The position numbers and the translations under genes were made by a program. The notes under the pieces are model-generated. The model worked only from the letters and a program-made list of their open reading frames with translations. It had not been told where the DNA came from and did no database searches. This document shows, one piece after another, positions 1 through 10,742 of a DNA stretch of 34,043 nt. Position 1 is the stretch's first letter. The number at the start of each line of letters is the position of its first letter. The stretch is from positions 1 through 34,043 of the forward strand of contig JAPEUG010000173.1 in NCBI GenBank assembly GCA_026025795.1. Direction: 5' to 3'. The stretch comes from Thelocarpon superellum. Lineage: Eukaryota.

Positions 1-946
1 ATATAACGAGTCGCTAGCTAACTAGTTGAATAACCCATCTTGTAGGAATCAGAGCTGAATTGCTAATCTACGCGTAGTCTGGGATAGTTATGGGAGGGGG
101 CACGTGACCAGATCACGTGCGCGCTCCTTCAATCTTAGAATTCCGTCACATATGCCTGTAGGCGTTACAGTTGGTAGCAACACTTTCTTCCTCTTTGTTC
201 GTCTGTTGTATGGTCTCGCCATTGACTGAGCCATCAACGACGACAACGACAGACCAGCCTGACCTCCGGTCAAAATCGCAGACCAGCCTACGGCTGAGCA
301 GACGACGACCAGAAGCGTCGTTCGTCCAGCTCCTACCAGCTCCACCGGCCATGGCGTCTCGTCGTTTGTGCCAGTTGATCGCTTTTCCTTTCCTTTCCTT
401 CCCTTCCTGCGTGTCGTAGTCACAGATCAACAATCCCGTATCGACCTCGTGGCACGTTCATAACCCTTCTTTCCTGTAGTTTCGTCGCCCTATGACGATC
501 CTTGCCCTCCTCTCTTCCTCGTTGTGTGGCACATTCGTGATGGCTCTCGTCTGACCGTGGTACGCCCAGTCCGATGACCCACGTTGTGACGACTCCCATC
601 ACTGTCCCCTGATATCACCACGTGGGCCATGTTAGGAACACAGCTGAGTGACGCCAGCATTCTCATTGGCTGTCAGCTCGCAACGTTCGAACAACAGACA
701 CTCGGATACATCTTACCTCCCCACGTCAGAGCCCCCGTTGACCTCCCTCCGCCCCCTCCGACCGAGGACGAACCGGCCATCCCACAGTACCGGACGCCAA
801 CTCCGCCGATGTTCCAGATGGCCATCGCACGCTTCGAGCGAGAAGCGTCCGTCCGGGGGTCTGGACGGAGCAGACTACGCTGATCAGATGTCCCACAGGC
901 TGACCCTGGTACCGGCCTGTACGACGGGAACGACGACGACCATTTG

Positions 947-1027
947 GACGAGCCAGTCGACGACGTTCAACCGGACAGGCCGCTCGACGACGACCAGCCG
1001 GACGAACCGCTCGACGACAACGAGCCG
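947..1027 (+). repeat. 27-bp imperfect tandem repeat x3 (DEPVDDVQP/DRPLDDDQP/DEPLDDNEP)
   Basis: Repeat is visible in both the DNA and the translation of ORF 944-1234. Confidence 0.8.
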
Positions 1028-1283
1028 CGCGACTACGAGGGCCAGGACCAACCAGCCGGCGTCTCAGTACGCCCGACCGACGTGCCGCCCACTGGAACAC
1101 CGTCTTGTCGAGTCGAGCGACCGGACATTCCGCCATTTCCCCAAGCGTCCTGCTGTCCTCGAACAAACGTCTCGCTACGCGTTACGCCAAACGTCTCGCC
1201 GCCACACGCCACGTCAAGCGTCCAAACCACCTAGGATGGCGAACGACGGTTTCTCCCTGGCCATGATGGCCTAGACGCAGTCC

Positions 1284-1742
1284 ATGATTTCTGGGATCGT
1301 CCAACAGGCCATCAACGAGCAGCACGTTGGGCCCAACGACCAACGTACGACGAGCCGCGTCAGACCTACCGTTGCACGAGCCTCGGAAGGACCGACAGAC
1401 TCGAACCCTAGCAGCGAATCCCTGTTGTTCAAGGCAAAGAACATTGGATTCTTTGAATCTGTCCCTAACACCGCCAACGCCGTCATTTTCAAAGGGAAGG
1501 ACCAGATCTTCTGGAACGTGTATAGCTTCATGACAAGCGTACGCGTACACACAGAGACCTTTGGACACACCATGTTTCAACAGACCCTTCACAAGTGGCT
1601 CCTTGGCAAGGCCAACGTATGGTACATATCCAACCTCTTGGAGCTTCAATGGACAGGCGTAAGATCGCCGGCCAAACGACAGTGGTTCGCCAGCTACGCA
1701 CATGACTATGGATCTCAGAAGGCTTCACCATACAGACGCTAG
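1284..1742 (+). pseudogene. Gag-like ORF fragment of the retrotransposon remnant
   Basis: 152-aa ORF with K-x-IGFF and LLGKA-x-x-WY motifs. It is out of frame with the upstream fragments and truncated. Confidence 0.55.
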
Positions 1743-1768
1743 CAATCATAACAAGAAACGATAGCTAA

Positions 1769-1991
1769 TGCTATGGCTGGAGAAAGGAGTTCCCAGGCAG
1801 GATAGTACTGGGTAGGTGGAGATCCAGGATCTGCGAGACCGCCTGCGATTAGACAACTACTAGCAGGCAGGCCCCTACATAAGGGAGAGAGGAACATCTG
1901 TAGAGGATATAGTTCGATCTCGACTCATTTACTACACGCCTTCCTGAAATGCAATACAAAAGCAAGACACCTGCTGTCAGCTAGCTACACA
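1769..1991 (+). mobile_element. Possible solo LTR (about 223 bp)
   Basis: TG...ACA boundaries. Flanked by GCTAA (1764-1768) and GCTCA (1992-1996), a 4/5 TSD-like match. Internal TACATAAG (TATA-like) and CAATACA near the 3' end. Not similar to 1-169. Confidence 0.3.
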
Positions 1992-2096
1992 GCTCAGCCT
2001 GTCCGTCAGTAGCCGTACACCAATCCACTCAGTCACTCACTCACAGACCCAAAGAGAAAAGGGATGGAGAGGAACAAATGAAACGAAAGTGAAAAG

Positions 2097-2200
2097 AGAA
2101 GAAAAAGGAAAAGGAAAAGGAAAAGGAAAAGGAAAGAGGCAAGTGCAGGTTATACGGCAGGAAGTAGAAAGTTCATAGCGACGTCTCTCTCTCTCTCTCT
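2097..2200. repeat. (GAAAAG)n and (CT)n microsatellites in the MFS 3' flank
   Basis: About 5 copies of GGAAAA at ~2103-2135 and (CT)8 at ~2185-2200. Confidence 0.85.
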
Positions 2201-4596
2201 ATAGAGATTGCTTCCCGCGCGTTTCAATCGGAAGAGCGAGCCTATGTCATCATAATACACATCAGCCTATCCTCGCCCATCTCAAAAGGCGCTAGAGGGG
2301 GATTTCGCGCCCAGGAGGAAACCTGGAACTGAGAGCTCGGGACTCGGAGCTGGGGACTCGGAGCTGGGGACTCGGAACTCACATGGCCAAAAATGCAGAC
2401 AGAAACAGAGCGCCAGCAACGTAGAGCGGAATAGCTGGGTTCGACGTGGGTGCGTTGGCGCCGATGATGGGCGCACATAGGCCGGCGATACGGTTGAGGA
2501 AGCTTGCGATGCCGGTGCCGGTGCCGCGGTTTGGTGCGGGGAAGACCTCGGGCGTGCTGCAACAGAAACATGTCAGTACACTGAGGAGCGAATCTCCTCG
2601 TGCCTCGCTGAATTCACACTTACTATGCGTACAGCACTCCGTACATGATATTCTGGAAGAAGGCTTCCAGAGATGTAAAGGTGAGTTGAATGCTGGGGTT
2701 CCTTGTGGTGGTAAAGAGAAACAGGAAGATTCCGCTGAGGAGCGTCGCGGTTGCCATGGTTCCTTTTCGTCCGACGTACTTCAGATCCACGGTCCACTTG
2801 ACCCTGTCAGCTTCACGGCTCCCATACCGTTGTACCACACGATCGTCAGATGACACTCACGCAAGCGATCAGAGACCCGGGTACACCGACTACCGACGTG
2901 ATCAAGTAGTTTCGATACACGATGTTCTGAGGAGTTGGCGCGTTGCTCGCTCCAGCATTAGCCAGATATTGAGGGAGGAAGGCGTTGAACAACGGATAAC
3001 CCAGGCCGATGGTGGTCCAGCAGAACCAAACCAGCACGGCTGTTCCACATCAGCTTCGCGAAGGGTAAGCACCATACTGAGGCACTTACTGGTAATTCCT
3101 AGCTTCTTCGTGGCAAACAACGGACCGATCCGCTCCGACGAAAAGGCCGAAAACTTTCTCGCCAGGATTTGCCGCGACGTCAGCCTCGTCTCCGAGGTCA
3201 CCTCGGGGTCGCCGCCGACTTCGTTCAGGATCTCCTCGCTCAACCACGTCTTCTTGCCGTTCTTCCACGCCATCCCATGCACCGTGGCAACGGCCTCTGC
3301 TTGACGACCCTGCGAGAGGAGGAACTAGGGCTGGTCAGCTTTGCCCCGTTGCCCGTTGGCCTCAGGTGCGACTGAGGGCTCCTACCTTGGGCGATTCGAA
3401 GAGATGAAAGAGGAAGAATCGACAGATGAACATGAGAAACGTAACGGCTCCCAAGGTAAAGGTGAAATATCTCCACCCCATGTTGTTCGATCGCCCACAG
3501 CATTCCACTCCTGGTGCGGCCTCGAGACAGGACGGAAGCGTATCGGCGCATTCGTAATTTGGGATCAGACCCCACGCGACTAACCACGGTCAGCACCGGG
3601 AAATTTCATGGTTGCGAATCACCCACTCAGCGACGCCACCAACTGTCCCACGGGCCACCAGACCGACAACAACGTCAACATATTGCCCGAGGCAAAGGGG
3701 AGGAACTCCAAGAAGAGGGCGCCATCAACGGGGAGATTTCCACCCACGCCGACTCCCAGGCAGGCGTACAGAGCGCAGGCGGCGATCCACGTCGGCGCAC
3801 CCCCGACGGCCAGACCAAAGACGCCGGCCAGGAACAGGGTTGCGTTAAAGGCCAATCGTCGGCCAATGACGTCCGATGCGGTGCCCCAGAAACAGGCGCC
3901 CAGACAAAGGCCCACAAAGGTGGCACAAGTAGTGTAGCGGACCGTGGTGGAGGTGATACCGAATTCCAACGAGATGGGAGTCAACGTCAAGGCCAAACCC
4001 TGTATCCGATCAACGTGCGATCATGGCCGTAGGTCCAGCGACACCTACTTGCAGCCAGAAGCTGCCAGAAAGTTCGTGTCAGTGAAAGATCACGCTGATG
4101 TAGCGGGAGACTGACTTGTCGGCAAACCAGCCAAATCCACAGAGAATGAAGAGCTGCCAGTTGTAACTTCCCATGCCAATGTCCTGGATCGCTTTGTTGA
4201 TGAGCTTGGATTTGCCTGGGTACCGGTCAGATTCCACTACAGTAAAGGCTGCCGCAGTATCAAGGGATGAGGACCGAGGCGGCTGGCCGGGACAGAAGTG
4301 GTCGTGCGGCAGGCGTCTCTCATGATGTCACATCACGTACGGTCATAAGTTGAATCGACACCCGAGGCGGCAATGTCCTCTTCAACCTCCGTCCTCAAGC
4401 CTTCGATCGTGTGGGGACTGTAGACCAGCTCAGCACCTCGTCCCGCTTCTTCGTTGGACGGAGAGTCGAGCTTGTCTAGCTTGTCGCCCTTGGTACCAAC
4501 GACGGACGGGTGCCGTTCGGCTTCGCGGAGGGGGATCAGGACCCCTGGGAACTCGCTCACGTCGTGCTTGGCGAAGGGGTTCATAAAGACGGGCAT
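2199..4596 (-). CDS. MFS transporter, SV2/SVOP-like sugar/organic-cation transporter family (10 exons)
   Basis: Spliced product MPVFMNPF...KLINKAIQDIGMGSYNWQLFILCGFGWFADNFWLQ-GLALTL...SDVIGRRLAFN (MFS motif A)...GGNLPVDGALFLEFLP...GWRY...ESPK-FLL...VGRKGT...YTPEVFPAPNRGTG...LPIETRGKQSL*. All 9 introns are GT-AG and phases are consistent. Confidence 0.92.
2333..2380. repeat. 14-bp tandem repeat (GAGCTGGGGACTCG) x~3.4 in the last MFS intron
   Basis: Directly visible inside intron 2242-2382. Confidence 0.85.
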
Positions 4597-7437
4597 CTTG
4601 GATGGGGCAAGGACCGCTGTCCACGCGCGGAGCGTGGATAGCGTCGGGGGAGAGCGTCGGCCTGATGATCACAAAGCGACGACGAGCGGTCACAGTCAAG
4701 GGCTTGACTTTCCACACTTCACACTTCACACTTCACGGATCGGATGCGACGACGCGACACGATGCGACGCGGACGGGAGGATTGATTCTTGAGCCTGACA
4801 CGACACAGACCCAGCTCCTGCTATGGAGCACGCTTGAAGCAGCTAAAGAGTCCCGGGCCTGGGGCACGGAGGCGGAGAGCGGACGCCGAGATGTAGATCT
4901 GAACGGATCTATCTGTTGGGCCGACGCGAAGGGCATAGGGCCCATCGGAAGGCTTAAGTAGACAGTAGCCCGAAGCCAGTTGCATTCCTGCCGGCAGAAC
5001 AGACATGACATCGACCTAACCATCTAGACTGGGGCCCTCTCCACCTGCGAGTTGCTCGCGGAGGCCTTAGTGCTCTTGGAGGGGCAAGTCGTCGTCGGAT
5101 GGAGGGACCGCTAGATCGGAAGTGGCATGGTGGCGCTGAGAGAAAAAACAAGCAGCCACCGCTTAGGCGGTACCGCAGACTGCTGAGCAATGAGAGACCG
5201 CCGGGGAAATGCGCGTAGGGATTGCAGAGAGACAGGCCTGCGGGAGCACGCTCCTTGCCGAGGATCCCCTCGAAGCACCTGCTGCATCGCCTCGTCAGGG
5301 TCTTGTTTCACGCGCCAGGTTGCGACGTTGTACGGCTGTGTTCTAGATCTTCGAGCACGTGCTCCCCCCGGTCCCGCCAAGTACGCAGAGTACGCCGCGC
5401 CCACACTTGAGGTCGTCGCCTCAACGTTCTGGCCATGACGACTAGTCACGTAGCAGCCGCAAGTTCCATGGTAAAAAGGTACAAAGTATCTCGCTGGGCC
5501 GTCTCCGCTCACCTGGCACTCTCCGGGGCCTCGACCGCCCTCCGTTAGCCAAGCCGGTCGCTGTCCTGGTGGCGATCCCACCTGGCCGCTACGTTGTAGC
5601 GTCTGTGGTGCTCTTCTTCTCCCCGCGCCAGGTGAAGTCAGCGGCAGCAGCCGCCATATCGCGCTAGTGGCTCAACGTGGTGTCACGCATGACCTGAATG
5701 GACGAGCGCGTTACGTTTGACGGCGGACGACCAGCGGCGGCGACCCGGAAGTTTCTGCCACGCTCACTGGTAGAGAAGACCGGGTGGTGTCTCTCGCCCC
5801 CGCGAGAAAAGTCCTCGGTAAGATGTCCTTCAAGCGATATGTTGCGTCCGTGTGTTTGTCTCCGACCCAGATAGGCAGACGGAAATGCCAAGACAAGACC
5901 CTAGATCCTGGTCCCTTAGATCCCACTGGAAGCAATCTAATCGCAAAGCTCTCGTGCTCGGCTCATGCAGATGACCTTCTGGACTCGCGCCGATTGGCCA
6001 CTCGACTCGCTGTCTGCAGCAGTCGGACAAACGTTGCCTTGTCGAACGTAGAACGAATGCTAGTCATTGATGCTCATGCTCCTGAATCGCAGACACTGCC
6101 CGCTTCTGTCAAGAACGCACTCGGCCTACATTGGCTGTGTGACACGGTCCATCCAGCGCAACGAGCTCTGTCGCGTTTCGCGAAGTGGTCGCGAGACGTC
6201 TCCGCATTTTCGGCATTCCACCGCGACGAGGACCAAACCCGACCGACCACCTGATCTGCTCCGTCGAGTTTACGCTTCGCAGACGGTCGTTTACCATCTG
6301 AATTGCAGCCTTCAGAGGCAGACGCAAAGATGCTGTTGACTGATGACGTACCGAGAAAACAATGGATTGTCGATCCCCCACATTGACCACTACACGTGAT
6401 CTGCAAGCCTTTGCCCGCCTCTCCAAGGTCTCAGACTTCCCGGTCTTGGTACCGAAAATAAATTGAGATGCTAAGTACCAAATCACCCAGACTTAAAGCA
6501 ACTACACATCGCATTCTGTATCAAATTGCTCCTCTGAGCTTCCTTCCAAGTGGCCAAGATGGCATCGTTGTCGTCCTTGCTGCTGGTTCGGCGGGAAGCT
6601 GCCATTTCCCAATCGCGGCGTAGAGGTCGCCAGCATCTACTCTCAGGTGATCCTCGATCGAGGACCGGCCTACGACGACCTTATGCTCATCGACAGGAGT
6701 CTGACCGACCAGGCTGGTGGCCTCGCGCTTGGCAACAGAATCCGTCGCCGCCTAGCCGTGCCGTGTTCTGCTATGAGGCTGCAGTAACTTCTTGTTTGAA
6801 TGCAACGGCCCCAATGGTTGTAGGCGCGCTTGGTTGAAGCGATGGAGCTGGAGAGTAAAGTAGCCTTAGGTATAGTGGGTGCTAGCGTCTCTACAAGCCG
6901 CATCAAGCGGGCGACCGGCAAAGACAACGCAATCAGCCGTGCGCCCTGCGGTCCACCCGCTGTGTTGTGGCTGTGGGGACAGGGCACAAGTGAGCCGACC
7001 GTTAGGCGGACGGAGTATTACGGCCGAGGGTTGGTTCGATCGTTAGGTCGTTCGCCATAGGGACAGCTCTTCCAAATCCTCGGGATACCGACTCCCCGAG
7101 TCGCCCGACCGTAGAGTGGGCTCTCGGCTAAGAGAGGTTAGATCATTGACGGGCTGCACAGCCTCGAATGACTCCTGACCGCTGGCTGGCAGGCTGAGCC
7201 GAGAATTCGTGGAGTACCTGACCGACCCGTTGATGACGAGCTCATCATGGAGCGACTATAAGTTTGATTCCATCGCCAACCGACGAAAGGAACGTTCTCT
7301 ATGATCACGAGTCTCGCCCTCCTCTTACGTGACAGGCACCTCATCTGATTCGCCCTCTCTCGCATCCTCGAACAGCCATCTGGACCTCGGCGCAACGGTC
7401 GTGTTTGAGCGGCGACTTACTTTCGGACCTTTCCATC

Positions 7438-8558
7438 ATGAAGGTGTCACCCTTCCTCCTGTGTCTGTTCGTAGCATCGGACCTCGCCACTTCCCTCGTC
7501 ATCCCGGGCACCACCACGTCGCTCGCACTCCGAGACGTTACGGCCCGCCTGCTTGGGCGAGCGCCGGAAAGCCATGCGATTCGCTCGGATGAATCCTTGA
7601 CCAGCGATCTTGAGAAGCGCCGTGGCGGCGGAGGCGGCGGTGGAGGCGGAGGTAAGGCGGTTTAGCTCATTGAAACGGAAGGAACGATCTGACAGTGCAC
7701 AAGGGAAAGGAGGCGGCGGCGGCAGCAGCAGTTCCAGCGGCAGCAGCGGCGAGTCCAGCGGGTCCAGTAGCAGTGGCTCCAGCGGGAGCTCGAGTTCCGG
7801 TTGGTTGGGACTGGCTCTAACATACTTCGTCACCCGACCTCTAACGTAATCCTCAGGTTCATCTGGTTCTTCTAGCAGCTCGGGCTCTTCGGGCGGCGCT
7901 TCCGCCGGTAGCTTTAGGTGAGTGGCCGCTCGCGCCACTCCTATACACGATGTGCGTGATGCTAATATGCCGATACAGTTCCTCGTCTAATGCTGGTGGA
8001 TCTACCGTCCGCGGCTCCGGAGTCGCGCCCTCCTATGGAGGCGGGGGCCGATACTACGGCGGTGGCTCTGCCTCGCCTTACACCTCAGGCCGACGCTCCC
8101 CGCTGGGGATCACGCCCTTCCTACTCCCGCTCGCAGCCTTGGCGATCTTCTCCGGCCCGTGGCTCTATCCGGCCTATGCGTACCCGTACAGCCACCCATA
8201 CTATTTCCAGGATCGGAACCATACCAATTCCACCAATCCCAATGGAACGACGGTGGCGCTTCCGGTGGAATGCCTCTGTCAAGAGTACTCGGTCTGTGGA
8301 TGCGACGACAACAACGGCACGTTCCTGGAGACCATCCTCCCCAACGGCTCCGACACTTCCAACCTCAACCGGTCCTTGATTCAGATCAATATGGTCAACG
8401 GGACGAAAACGATCGTGCTCAACGGGACCCTTCCGAATGGAACCACTGCCCCCGGCGGTACCGACCCGAGCAGCGGCGCCACCAAACAAGTGGTCTTGCA
8501 ACACTCGATCTGGATGGTCCTCGGCGCCGTGGTCTATGGCATGGTCTGGATGCTATGA
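7438..8558 (+). CDS. Conserved fungal glycine/serine-rich secreted or cell-surface protein, probable GPI anchor (4 exons)
   Basis: Signal peptide MKVSPFLLCLFVAS and a Kex2-like LEKRR site before poly-G/GS. Then YYGGG...PY, a CLCQEYSVCGCDD Cys motif, many N-x-T/S sites, and SSGA followed by a hydrophobic C-terminal tail. Introns start GTAAGG (7652), GTTGGT (~7800), GTGAGT (~7918). Confidence 0.85.
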
Positions 8559-8825
8559 ACGACGCATCATCGACCCATCCTGTCAACCACCTTGGATATG
8601 TGCGGGAACGTTATATGTGGAGTTGGAGGCATTTTGTTTCCACCTCGGCGTTCTGGAGCGGCACAGCTCTTCATCCTCATAGGCACGGCTGAAGGACGGA
8701 CCACTGTGCGGGACTCGCAGCCACCTGAATATATGGATCCACCCGGTCCGAGTTTGTACCATGGCTCAATCATTCTTCTTGTATCAATACACAGGTTACC
8801 CGCGTCAATCATGTTCCTTTATATC

Positions 8826-9961
8826 TTACATCTTACTCGCTCGCTCTTGAGGCACACTGACCACCACCTTGCCCCACGTCTCTCGTGCCCCCAAGGCTTT
8901 CAAGGCCTCGGGCACACTCTCCAGGCCGACGTATTTCTTGTCGGTGTAGAGCGTGCCTTTGAAGGCGCCAGACTCCATCATTTGATACAGGCCTCGCCAG
9001 ACCTCATCCACCGTGGCAGGCTCCATGGTTGTATACAGGCCCCAATGCAAGCCGACGAGGCTCACGTTCTTCAAGAGCACGCGGTTCATAGCCACTTTCT
9101 CGATAGCGCCGGCCGCGAAGCCAATGACCAGGAGGCGCCCATTCCACGCGATACATTTCATGCTATTCGCGATCATGCCCACGGGATCGTAGACGACATC
9201 GACGCCGCGGCCCTTGGGCGTCAGCTTGCGCACGTCTTCCGGCCACTGTGGATTGGTGTAGTTGACGACGTGGGTGGCGCCGTGTGCCTTGGCAACATCC
9301 AGCTTGTGCTGCGTGCTCGCCGTAGCGATGACGATGGCTCCCAGGGCCCGGGCGATCTGGACCGCCGCCAGCCCTACACCGCCAGCTGCGGCGTGGACCA
9401 GGACATATTCGCCTGCGGAGCAGCCGTCAAACCGCGTGCGTCGAGGGAGAGCTTCATCGGGCCTTACCCTCTTGTACCTTGGCTCGCGTGACCAGGGCCG
9501 CGTAGCTGGTTGGAGCCGTGACAAAGAGACCGGCGGCCTCCATGAAGTCCCAGCCTCTCGGCATGGGCTTCAACGTCTCTTCTTTAGCGGTCACCTTGGT
9601 CGCATACCCGCCTTGACTGGCGCCAAAGACTTTGTCGCCGATCTGGAACCTCGGTCTTCGGCCCTTTGGCAGGCTTGAAGGAGCTTGGAGGATCTCGCCG
9701 GAGAATTCCATGCCGGAAATCCATGGCAGCGGAGGCTGATGCTGATATTTGCCTTGAATCTGAAGCAGATCGAAGAAATTCGTTGCCGTTGCGCGGATGG
9801 CTATGAGATATTGCTCGGGCTGGGGCACGGGGTCTGGTAGATCAGTCACCCGGAGCTCGTCCGGACCCTACATGGTTTCTTGATGAGTCTCCGCTTTGTG
9901 CGTTGACTTGGGAAGGCACGCCACTCACCTTGACATATTGTTTGACTTGAATTCCACGCAT
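8826..9961 (-). CDS. NADPH:quinone oxidoreductase / zeta-crystallin-like MDR-family enzyme (3 exons)
   Basis: MRGIQVKQYVK|GPDEL...NFFDLLQIQGKYQ...GMEFSG...|GEYVLVHAAAGGVGLAAVQIA (Rossmann motif)...GVDVVYDPVG...GRLLVIGFAAG...WGKVVV...SKM*. No Zn-binding cysteines. Confidence 0.93.
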
Positions 9962-10094
9962 TTTGAACAAGACAAATAGTAGACGGGGTGAAAAGATAGT
10001 CAAATTCGCCGCGTCATCGTCGTCGAGGAAGCATTGGACACTGGCGGGGTCCAACTCCGATAGGAGCCGGTGCCGAGGTTATCGGACGGGCCGC

Positions 10095-10102
10095 GTCACG
10101 TG
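10095..10102. promoter_or_regulatory. GTCACGTG E-box (Cbf1/bHLH-type) in the QOR-DSK2 divergent promoter
   Basis: Exact motif 134 bp upstream of the QOR ATG. The same motif occurs upstream of Ran (28104-28111). Function is inferred only. Confidence 0.35.
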
Positions 10103-10742
10103 TTGCAAAGATCACCGTCGCAGTGATGACTTCCACTTCATCCCATCCTCGACCATCTCCTCCGCCCTGTAGTCATGGAGAGCCATCTGAGGTGCTTGAT
10201 GGCGTTACGATGAGATCAAGTATCATCAGATACGGAGGATCAGCCCAGTGTCAGTTGGCCCACATGTCTCACGAATAGCTTTGGGCGGCCTCCTGGGACA
10301 CACATTTCTTCGTGGGGTATCCTCTCACATGACTTGATCCGAGCTGTGTTGACCGCCGGCAATATACCAAACTCCAGGCCTCCGGCCACTTTCTTTGCCG
10401 TCTTGACCTGACATGTGGGGCGAGTGGGGTCTACGGGGATCTGCAAGCATCGTCGAGGCGCGCCCCACTACAGCAGCGTCATAACTGCGCAAGCGGTGCT
10501 TAGTTGCCTGACCAAGCACTTGGCTTCTGTGGACGAAGCGACGCAGCAACGTTTATGCGCCGCCGGTACTTGTCCCGCTACCTGAACGTCTACCCGTAGA
10601 GATTCCCCTCGAATCCATAGCCTTCTGCCAACACGCGGCCTCTGGCAACCACGGTGCCACTACGGAGTACCTAGAGCTTCAATATCGCCCTGGTCGTCCA
10701 TCATTCGTCCACTGATTGCCCTTTTCTGTACGCTCCGCCATC

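Larger units (their letters stand above)
1..1742 (+). mobile_element. Degenerate LTR retrotransposon remnant (putative 5' LTR end, PBS-like site, interrupted gag)
   Basis: TTACA (165-169) is followed by GTTGGTAGCA (170-179), resembling an LTR 3' end plus primer-binding site. The upstream part has ATATAA and CACGTGAccagaTCACGTG. ORF pieces 629-883 and 944-1234 share a frame and are split by TGA. ORF 1284-1742 (FKAKNIGFFE...DQIFWNVYSF...LLGKANVWYISNL) resembles, from memory, gag proteins of Pezizomycotina Ty3/gypsy elements. No introns and no pol seen. Confidence 0.6.

Noticed and set aside
7005..7057. tRNA-like stem GGCGGACG...CGTTCGCCA with internal GGTTCGAT
   Set aside because: Only 36 nt between the stem halves, with no D or anticodon arms and no T-stem.
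8592..9491. 299-aa + strand ORF overlapping the quinone oxidoreductase
   Set aside because: Codon-aligned antisense shadow with a non-ATG start. Similar shadows occur over noxA, the GEF and the SNF2 gene.
10123..10190. Box C (GTGATGA) ... box D (CTGA) snoRNA-like spacing
   Set aside because: No convincing 10-nt or longer rRNA-complementary guide recognised, and the terminal stem is weak. A snoscan run would be needed.
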